Source: Heteronotia binoei (taxonomy: Eukaryota). Taken from it: a stretch of DNA of 64,000 bases. A program made the translations under genes and the position numbers. Shown piece by piece: positions 47,880 through 57,900 of this stretch. Every line of letters begins with the position of its first letter. Position 1 is the stretch's first letter. The notes under the pieces were generated by a model. The model had not been told where the DNA came from, ran no database searches, and saw only the letters and a program-made list of their open reading frames with translations. The stretch covers positions 56,792,001-56,856,000 of the forward strand of contig NC_083239.1 in the NCBI RefSeq assembly GCF_032191835.1. Direction: 5' to 3'.

Positions 47880-50800
47880 ATCTGGATTTCTTTTAAAAAG
47901 ACCCTGATTAGGAATTATAACACCTGGATTGGTCCTTCTATCTTGGAAAGTGAAGTGATTTTAGATGCCAAAGGATAACAGCACACAATTCTGTCCAAAT
48001 GACAGCAGCTCTCAGTTCGGTCCAGGAGGATGCATTATCTTGAACACAGGTGTCCCACTCTTTTGTTGTAAGGGCCAGATCTGACTATGCCAGCCGGAGA
48101 ACTGCCCCCACTGATGCTTACAAGATCTCCTTGTGGAGGGGTGGCTTGGGTGGCTGCAGAAGAGCCTCATAAATCTTTCTAGAAAATATCAGATCTTTGT
48201 CCCCAGCCTCCAAGCCATGAGACTGAGGTGGTCCAGATTGGGGTGACGGCAGCTGGCTGATGCTGAGCAAATCTGTGCATATTGGAAGGGGCAAGAACTG
48301 ACCCCAGGAAACCTCCATAAGAATAGGAAACTGTATTTGAGTGCTAGTAGGATAATCTCTGAGCCCTTTCTCCTGGCCTTCTCTATTATCCGGACAAAAA
48401 GTGGAAATGGAATGTGCAAAACAGGGCTTGTTGCCAGCACAGCTGTAACACATCTCCTAGGGAACCCCTCCCTACGCGAGAAAACCACACTGCCGCCTCC
48501 TCCTCCTCCTGTATGGCAAACAGATCAACCTCCAAAGCACCACAGAGGACAAAAAGTGGCTGCAGGTGAGTGGCCTCCACAGACCACTCGTGGGAGAGTG
48601 TTCCGGTCCTGCTCAGCCTGTTGGTTTCCATTTTTCAACTTTCCAGGGCTATGGATTGCTTGAATGGAAACATTTGGCTTTATTGCCATATTCCACGCAA
48701 GAGTGGCTTCTTGACAGACTCTTGGACTCTCTACCACCTTCTTTGTTTAGATAAAACACTACAACTGTGTTGTCCATCCAAATAAGGATAAAACGGTTTC
48801 AAAGAATCTCTGAAAGACAACTAAAGGTATAACACACTCTGCTTGGATTTTAGAGTGTTATTGTGCAGCAGTCTTTCATTTTCTGACCACGTGCCCCTAG
48901 TCAATAACCCCTTGCAGGGAGCCACCTGTCCTGAGAGCGGTGAACATCGCGAGGACTGTGACATGTGGTGGAACCCCGTAAGAAATCACTTTGGATGAAT
49001 CACTGAAGACCATCAAAACAAGGAATGCAGAACAGGTCTGCTATAAGGTATGGAACCCAACTCTACAGCAAGGGAAAACCCTTGAGTTTCAGGGGCTGCA
49101 TATGTAGTGTAGCCATAGGCAAGACTGCAGTTGTGGATGCCATATATCACAAGACGCATACAATCTTTAGAACTTATGGGAAACGGTGCTCTCTGAACTG
49201 TTTAACCAGGGCAAAGATTGCCCATTCCTGCTTGGGAAGCAAAAACCCTTTTTCCTTCCTGAAAATCTAATGTAGCTCCAATAAACTGTATTCTCCGTAT
49301 GAAGGGACTAATCATGATTTCTCCAATTTACCAGTAATCTTGGTGTGTGTGCGTGTTTCTTTACAGGTCTCTAAAACGAACACAACTCAAGCCTTGTCAG
49401 TAGACTCTGCTACCAATCACCAGCCATCCAAATTAGGAAATCTGTGGCCACCCCAGAGGGGGCAGTAAGCAATAACTGGAATTGGATGCTTTGAAAACAC
49501 CCTGGGAGTGGGGGGCTATGTGGCTAGGTCAAAGGGGAGGACTCTATACTGGGAAACTTATTTCGCACAACAAACATTTAAGAATTTGTGATGCTGAGGG
49601 TGGACAGAGACATGGAAACAGGCATTCTTCAAATAAATTACTATGAGCCAACAATTAACTTTTAATTATCGTAAAATTGAAATAATGGACACCATCTGAA
49701 ACAAAGAAAAAAATGGTTTTCTAAGGACTAAAATGGGTCTAACTCCCCAGTTTTCTTATCTACTAGAAAGATACAAGACAAAAGAATCCCTCAGAAGTCT
49801 GAGTCTCAGTAACTTCTTCAGCAGCGCCTTTTTCTATTAAGGAGGCCAAAGCTTAGACAAGGCCTGTATCTGTTTGGGCGGATCTCTTTGACAGTGAAGG
49901 GTGGCGGGGGGGCGGAGTGTGGACTTTGTAGCCAAAGTTGACCCAGTAATCTCCTTCCAGCCTAACTCAAATGGAGCTAGTTGACCCTCAAACTTAACAG
50001 GGATTGGCAATGATCCCAGTCCAAACGCCAGCTCTTGGGCCGAGGTGGGCTTCTTGGGACGGGGTGCTCGTGGATTAGACCTAGGTCGATTAGGGCTCTT
50101 CCGTCTATGAAAGCTTGTCTGCTGGTGGGATGGCTTAGGATACTGCGGCCAAGAGGGGCTGGAAATGTCGCAATCCTTTTGGTAGGGATGCCAGGGCGGT
50201 CTTACAAAGGGTTGTTAAATTATAGCAGGATGTGGACGAATGTGAGACTCCTAAAGACATTGCCATCTGCTTGTTCTTTTTATAATCATAGATAGCGTCT
50301 CATCCATTTTGGGAGGGGCGGTGGCTCAGTGGCAGAGCATCTGCTTGGGAAGCAGAAGGTCCCAGGTTCAATCCCTGGCATCTCCAAAAAAGGCTCCAGG
50401 CAAATAGGTGTGAAAAACCTCAGCTTGAGACCCTGGAGAGCCGCTGCCAGTCTGAGAAGCCAATACTGACTTTGATGGACCAAAGGGCTGATTCAGTAGA
50501 AGGCAGCTTCATATGTTCATATTGGAAGAAAACAGCATGGATCCTTTGAAAGGTCAGTCCTCGACTTTAAGCCTAGTCTCCACAGGCAAAGCTGTAACCT
50601 CACCTAGGTGTGAGTGACGCTGCAGACATTGTGACGTTGGCTCTAGTCGCTGAAGCTGTCGAGTGGCCCCTTGCATTACCCTCAATGGCTTCCACATTGG
50701 TCAGAGGACACAAGCAAAAGTTCTAGAAGCAGAAGAATCCTTTTCGGCAGGAACGACTGATATCGTCACAGTGGCTTCACAATGAGCAATCTCGCAGCCC

Positions 50801-52250
50801 GAGGCGCTGCGAAATAGAACTTTCTTCTCAAAACATCAAATCTTCTCCCCTCCCTGTCCGTGGGAGCAGAATGGAGGCCTGCATCTCCTCCATGACCAAA
50901 GAAAACGGAGAAGACCGAGTCGTCAAGTAATTAATCGGCTTTTAAAAATCTTGTTAAAGCGTTCTACCCTTCTGGAAGTGGGCTGAAGGGAGGTGGGTTT
51001 TTGCCACCATCTCTGCATGAGATCTTCAAGACCTCCCAGCGCCAGAGAGGCAACCATTCCAGGAGAGTCCAAATAAAGACAACTCAAATTTTTGCCTCTG
51101 GGCTTGTGCTCAGAAGTAATAACCTCTATTTCGAGGGATTGGGCCATTCAAATAATCTGTTCCCCAAGCATATGGAGATCCTCCGCGGGAGACACTGGGA
51201 TGATTCCACCCACCCTCTCATCTGGGCTTGGCTCCGAAGTCACGTTGAATGTCAGATTCTGCTGCTTCTCCCCTAACTGGTGACCTACACAATGTAGTCG
51301 CAGATGCGGGCAGGACACAGCCTGCTGGGAAGAACGATACACATTTGCATCTCTGGGACACGCACAGTTGTCACCCCACTCCTCCAAATACCCCACCATG
51401 TATGTATGGGCGTGATGGCCATTGTGAAGATGGATGGGCTGTGACCACAGAACTGTAGCCGTCTGATCCAGATCAGGTTCAGGTGGAACCTGGGCCTGTG
51501 GCTAACCTGGATTCCCATCACCTGCAGATGTGGAGCACAGGGATATTGGGCCCAGGGCTTTTCTTGTGAGGCTGGCAATGGCTCAGGCATGGAAACAAGG
51601 CACTGGGTTGTGGCGCCACTTAACGCTTCTCCCTTGTCGTGCTTCGGCTTTAAACGGGAGGTTCAGAAGCAGCACGAGGGATCTGAGGAGAGCATGACGG
51701 CCATTGGTCTCACTGAGACGTGGATCCAGACGACGCCAACTTTGGCGATTTAGTCAGAGGCTCAGACACTTTAAGGGCTTTCCCTCACAAAGCTGCCGTC
51801 ACTTCTGACGCCCCGTTGGCCTGGGCCTTGTGGGCAAAGTGCTAGCAGGCCCCACCCAGCCAGGACAGGCAGAGGCGGCATCATCCTTGCTCCGCAATGG
51901 GAGCTTTTTACAAAGTGCCTCAGAAGCCAGCGGAGTGGCCATGATCTGGCTGGAGACTCTGCCAACGCCTTCGGAAGCGGCAAGAGGGGCAGAGAGGCCA
52001 CGTGGTCCCCGAGTGGGAAGCAGCTTCTGGCTCTGGCGCACAGCACCGCCCCCTGGAGGCTCTTGGCTGTAAAAGCCTCTCTGAGGGCAGTTGCCATGTG
52101 GGCCTGCACAGAAGACACTCGATGAACAAAACTGACTGAGGGCGGCACAAGAGATGCCCAGCTGGATGCCTTGATTCCATCTGCCCCACCCTGTTCGACC
52201 CACTGCAAGCCCCCCCTCAGCTGACCCCATTCCTGCCCCACCCCTCAGTT
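47880..52250 (-). mobile_element. Decayed DIRS-type tyrosine-recombinase retrotransposon (gag, RT, RNase H, MT, start of YR)
   Basis: Minus strand with many stops and frameshifts. gag-like: GGLEDLMQRWWQKPTSLQPTSRRVERF, DREGRRFDVLRRKFYF. RT: LIEKGAAEEV..FLVDKKTG..YLKNACFHVSVHPQHHKFL..QYRVLPF..FPNLDGW..NLEKS..RIQFIGATLD. RNase H: TRGTWSENERLLHNNTL..WMDNTVVVFYLNKEGG..IQAIHSPGKL..HEWS..EVDLFA. MT end: HPNLDHLSLMAWRL. YR start: FSRKIYEALL. Confidence 0.85.
50308..50522 (+). mobile_element. Squam3-like SINE inserted into the DIRS relic
   Basis: GGGAGGGGCGGTGGCTCAGTGGCAGAGCATCTGC..GGTTCAATCCC head and GGCAGCTTCATATGTTCAT tail. Homologous to 1802-1998. Confidence 0.85.
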
Positions 52251-52689
52251 GTCTGTCCTGTAAGGCTAAATCTGGACTAGCTTTCCAACACCAAGATCAG
52301 CATGCAGCTAAGGAAGCCCTGGCCAGAAGCTCAGCACAAGGGGAATATTCTTTTGCCTGGCAAGTCAGAGGGCACTGCCCACGTGCCCGCCACCAGAGAG
52401 CTCTGCCCCTCCTTCCCCTCAGGGCCTGCGTCCCCATCTTGCTCTGCCCCACCACTTGTCATTCACTCAAATGTCCCACACACGCCCTCCCTGGAACTCC
52501 GGGCTGAATTCTGCGAATGGTGGCACTGCCACACCCACCAGCTTCTGCCTCCATCCGCGGAGGTGGGAGAGAAGCGCTGCCTCTTGTCTCTGCTAAAACC
52601 CCTTGGAGTGCAAAAGGCCCGAGGGGCGCAGAGGAGGAAGCGTTCAAAGTGACGCCACACAGGACACACACCTTAAAATCACTGCATCA

Positions 52690-52695
52690 TTTAAT
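52690..52695 (-). terminator. Probable distal ZC3H4 polyadenylation signal ATTAAA
   Basis: TTTAAT on the + strand at the end of a U-rich, UGUA-containing minus-strand tract, implying a 3' UTR of about 2.2 kb. A proximal ATTAAA lies at 54269-54274. Confidence 0.5.
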
Positions 52696-54912
52696 GTCAG
52701 CAGTACAATGATAGGAGTCTCACATCTCTGGGTGACATTGCTGGAAGACAAAATGTGTGATACAAAAGAAAGTCAACAGAGCCATGCAACAAAAAAAGGT
52801 CACTGTAAAAATACCAGTACAATATATACAAACCCCATTTCAAATAATATTTACATTTTACAGCATTTTTATAAAGCTCCACCAGATGGCCAATTCTGTC
52901 AATTAGAGAAAGCTTTACTTCAGCGTAGACCTCTGCCATTTCGCTGTATACTGAAGGGCCTTTGCTGGCTGCTTGTACAAAAGGTCAGTCTGCTGATGAA
53001 AGTGCACTTGACGCCCCCCCCTCCCCGAATCTCACAGGGCAAACTCCTCCTCTCCAGCTCTGCTCTCACCCTCCCACCTCCTCCCAGACCCACAGAACTG
53101 CCAGAGCCTTCCTGAGTGGCCAGCCCGCTTCAGGGGCCCTCCTGCTCTCCCCTGCCCAAAGATGGCCTCTGCACGACACTGGCTCCAAAGAGGCGACAGG
53201 GAAAGACAGAGGAAGGAGCCACCTCTCCCTCCTCTGCTGGGCAACAATGCGAGGAGGCTCACCTTGCCCCCACCTCAAGCACTCCTTTGCCGAGGAGCTG
53301 AGCTGGAGGATTCATTCCCTCAGGAGCCACCTGGGCCCGTGCAGTCCCTCCCTCCCTCCTCCGAAACACAGGTCTTTCCAACCAGCATCGCCCGGGATGC
53401 CAAAACCCAGCGCAGTGCAGGGAAGGTGCTTTCTTCAGCTGCCCCTACCTGGGAGCAAGAAGCAGAGGGCGACATGCAGCCCCCCCCCCCCCCCCCGGAG
53501 GCAAAACGGAAGCAAGGAGCCTCAGACCTGCCTAGAGGACACAGCTTATGCTTTGGGGAAGAAACACTTTTCAAACAACTAACACCTTTTGTGTGAAACA
53601 CTTTGTCAGATTACCCTCCTCCTGCCCCCCTAGTGGCACGCCTCCTCCCTCCGCCTGCCTGGAGAGCCAGGAGGAAGAGTGGCAGCAGTGGCCAGCTGGC
53701 CGAAGGACAAGGAAAAGGGGCTGGGAAGAAGCGGGGGGGGGGGGGGAGAAGCCTGCTTTCATCGCCAAGCTAAGGAGATGCTGCTCTTTGCCAAAGAAGC
53801 CCTTTGGAGAGGAGCCCAGGAGAGCGGCAGCCGAGGCCAGAAGGGCGCAGGACTGGCCGGGGAGCCCTGGGCTGGGAAGGGTTGCAGGCTTTCCAAGCCT
53901 CTGGAAGGCAGATGCTGCAAGTGGCCAGGGGGTGGGGTGGGGTGGGGGACACAGTCCCAGAGGAGCTCCCAAGAGCTCCTCTCCTCTCCTCTCACACCCA
54001 CCTCTGGGCTTCCCTGTCACCCCCTCTAGCAAGACTTGCACCCGGCAGAACTGCCAGTCCTGAGATGGGCTCAGTGTCATGCCTGCACCAGACCCAGCCC
54101 TTGCCCTGTGGCTGTGCCCTCCCCCCAGGACCACTCCTCAGCAGGCTCCTCCCCCCTTGACTGCGATGCCACCTGCCCCAAAGGCCGTCACGCACAGCCC
54201 AGGAGACCCCAAATGCCATCAGGAAGCACCGAGAACATGGACAAATAAAACCAGAGGGGCAGGAATAATTTAATTTCAATACTACACATTCGTTTTTTGG
54301 TAGAATGCTTCGCTTTTGCAAAGGGGCTGTTCCTCCAGACCCAGCCCCCGGCCCACCAGACCCCCTGGAAATGGCAGGAAAACAAGATCCAACACAATTA
54401 CAAAAATAATCCCACATGGTTACTTCTCCATGGTAATCTGCACTGCACTAGATTTCTTTTTTTAAAAGCTATGATACATGTATTTTGTTACAACTGAGAA
54501 ATGAACATAGATCTTTTCTGCTGACCAGCACAGCTGTCTCCTTCCACCCCCCGAGCAAGAAGCAGGGATCGGGTCTCTTTCTTCGGTCTCCTCTCCATCC
54601 CACAGACAATATATGAAGAGGGGAGGGGGGAGGGTACTGGGGGGATCTCCCCACTGTGCAAAAAGGGGTGGCCCAATTTCCCAGAAGAGATTTGAAGACC
54701 TGGATGAGGAAGGGGCTCTCGGGGGGGCATCAGACAATACTGCCCGGTACTACGCTCAAGGGAGGGGATGGCCCTTTGGAAACTGCAGTCGACAGTAATA
54801 GGCAAACCCCAAAGGAAGGACTTCTGTACAATGGGAGGCGGGGAAAGGGGAGCATGAATGGAATAGAAAAAGGTCGTGAACACTGCCGAGGGCTCCCCTT
54901 GGGCTTGGAATA

Positions 54913-57900
54913 CTACTGGCAGAAGGGGGAAGCCGTGGGGTCAAAGCCCTTGAAGACGTCCTTGAGCGAGCCGGCGTCCTGCGGCTCCCCCTCCTGGGCA
55001 GGGCTGTTCCCGGCAAACGGACTGCCTGCGCCAGACTTGGCGGCCTGCTTCACCATGCCATAGACGGGGGGCACGGGGAGGTTGTGGACGCCAGGTTGCG
55101 TGGCAGTCTCTGTGGCAGGGGTGGTGGCCACGGTGGTGGCTGTCTTGGGCCGTGGCCGATTGTAGCTGTTGTACCTGTCGGAGGCGGGGTCAGTGCTGGG
55201 CTTTTCCGGTTCAGGCTGATCCAGGGCCGATCGACGCACAAACAAGGGCTCCTTGCCTCTGCTGCTTTTGCTGCCCTCCGGGCCCCTGGTGGCAGGGCTT
55301 CCCTCGCCAGCCAGCTCCGTGGCCTTGCCAGCGCTGGAAGAGGAGCCCGGAGGAGCCCGGGGGTCATAGAGGCTGATCCCGCTCAGGACGCTGCTCTGGC
55401 TGCCGCCTCCCCCTCTGTTTAAGCCTCCTGCCGTCAGCAGCCGGGGGTCATACGGGGCTATTCCAGGGGCCGCCTCAGAGCCGGCCAGGGGGCCGGCTGC
55501 TGGGGCACTGGCATCAGCCGGCTTGGCAGGCGTCGGGGTCACGGACTCAGCAGCTTTTTGCAGCCGGGGGTCTGCAGGGGCCTTCCGCATCCGGGGGTCA
55601 CTTGGCTTGTCGCTCTGGCCGGGGCTCCCGGCCGCATTGACCGTCTTCAGTATCCTGGAGAGCAGCTCAAAATCCGGGAGGCTGGAGCTGGAATTGGCCG
55701 AGGCTTCAGCGGGGGCTGCGGCCCGTTGCCGGGGGTCCGAAAGGCTGCTGTTCTGTGGCCGGTTAAGGCGTGGATCGAGGGCAGGCAGGGCCTGGAGGGC
55801 AGCTGGGACAGGAACAAACTCCTGCTTAGGGACAGGCAAAGGGATCAGATCCTCTGGACTCCAAAGGACCATGCGGGCAAAGCTGGGCTTGAGCAGGACG
55901 ACGTCTTTCTTGATGTGGCTGAACTGCTGCAGCTGACAGCGGGGGTCCCGCTGGGGGTGATTCGGCAGGGCTTCCAGCGGGATGGGGATGGGCTTATCTC
56001 GGATCTCCCTCTCCCCTTCCTCCTCCTCAGCAATCGTGACCGCCTTCGGGCCGGCAGTGGGGCTGGCGTGCAAAGGTTCTGCTTTCGGGGCAGAGGGAGC
56101 TATGTGCCGGGCCAGTCTCGGGTCACTGGGCCCCGTGTCTCCAGCCCCGGAGGACCCAGTCGTTTCCACGCCCCGAGAGAGCCTGGGGTCCCGCAGGAGA
56201 CGAGGGTCTGCGGGTCGAGCGCCCCCCAGCGCCTGGCTCTTCTGGAGGCGAGGGTCGCTCCTGGCTGGGGCAGGGCTCGTGCTGCCGCCTGGCGTCTCGT
56301 CATGGGGCCTGCTGGAACTCTGTTGCCGCAGCGTCTTCAGAATGGAACTCACGCTGCTGCTGCCATCGTCCTCATCGCTGGAGTACCAGTTCCCAGGATC
56401 ACCTGCATGGAAGGGGAGAGCAACGACCATAAAGACCCCGGCCAGGCTGCCTGCCACAAACAGAGCAAGAATCCTGTAAGAGGGCACAGTCTAGTCTGCC
56501 TTTTCTAGGACCTTCAGGCAAATAACAGCATTCTGAGAAATGACTAAGCCCCTAAGCCTGTGTGGGGAAGTTTTCATTAGAAAACGGCAGGTTCTAAGCA
56601 CATGCACATGTTGCAGAATGGGGGAAAGGGCAACCTTTTACAGATGTGCAGGATCCAAGCTGCCTGCCCCAAAGGCCGTCAGCAGCTGGTTCAGACTAGA
56701 GATGTAAAATTTCAGGAAATATTGAAGCTCGGAAAAAAATCCAGGTTTTTTTTTCCAATTTTTTTTTCGGGGAAAAAAACAGAAATTTTCTGAAAAATTG
56801 GGGAAAAAAATGCTACATTAGCCCTTCTTTTTTCTTTTCCAGATTGAAAGTCAATCTGCTACTTTAGGAACATAAAATATGACTTTGGACAATTTTACTT
56901 GGCATGAAATTATCACAACTAGCATATTAAAAATCTAGTGTAGCCAAACAATTATTACAAAGCGAATTTACTTTTAAAATAATATTTATTTGTAATTGTA
57001 ACAAATGGAGCAACAATCTCCTGAACTGTTTACTAGTTTATGTGGAACAGACAAAAAACCTCCACAAAACAATTTTTAAAAATCCAGAAGTAACCACTAT
57101 TCATATTTCTTCTTCACAGTATTGAATAAAAATAAAAAACCTCATTCTCATAAAAAGGAGGGAAGAGGAGGGAAGGGTCTAGAAGGGAGCGCAGGACTAA
57201 GTTTCAAGGAATGGGCCTGACTAGGACTTGCTTGTCCACAGTGCACAGAAATCAGAACAATCTGATACCAGACATATTTTTTAGAAATGATTTGGAAAAT
57301 ATTTGAACACCTGGTCTTAAAATATTTTATTCATCAAGCTAAAATAAAACATTTCATAATTTCTTTTCTTTTTTTCAATTTTTTGGAAATAACCAAAAGG
57401 CTTCAGGGAAAAAAAGGAAAAAACCTGCCCCCCCCCCAATTTTTCCTGTTTTTTGTCTGGGCCTTCACATCTCTAGTTCAGACTGCCAGCAACAGTCTGT
57501 GTGACTCCAGAGCTGCCTTCTCCCAACAGCCCAGCTTCCAGCAGGCAGAACTCTGACACGGGGGGGGGGGGGGGGGGGGGGCGCTCCCTCCTGCCCAGGG
57601 CCCTGGCACAGACTCCCCCCCACCCTCAGTGAGAAGAACCAGGCCTTGGGCCACAGGAAGGCAGGTGAGAGAGTCACCGCTCAGATGAAGGGTGGCTGGA
57701 GGTCAAGAACAGCACCGGTTGCCACCACCACAAAAACTACAGGCGCAGAGCTCAGGAAGGCAGCCAAACTGGGAACAGAAAATCCACAGCCAAAACCTGC
57801 TCAGTCAGGAGAAAAGCGGTGCTTGTGTCCAGCATCTGGACGCCTCCAGGAGGCCTGCAAAGCAAATGTACATTTGCTAATAAGACATGCGCACTATGAT

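Noticed and set aside
48461-49464. Apparent + strand spliced pseudogene (exon-like 48461-48565, 48647-48826, 48918-49047 and 49367-49464, with AG/GT ends)
   Set aside because: The phases are inconsistent and stops are frequent. The minus strand of the same interval translates to DIRS RT/RNase H motifs, which explains the protein-like composition.
38900-52600. DPF1, TMEM160, NPAS1 or INAFM1 expected from human synteny
   Set aside because: I found no PHD, bHLH-PAS, TMEM160 or InaF-like peptides in any frame.
57557-57580. Long G/C homopolymers as functional G-quadruplex elements
   Set aside because: Such runs occur throughout the window and are error-prone in sequencing, so none can be singled out. 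They are mainly a caution for frameshift calls.
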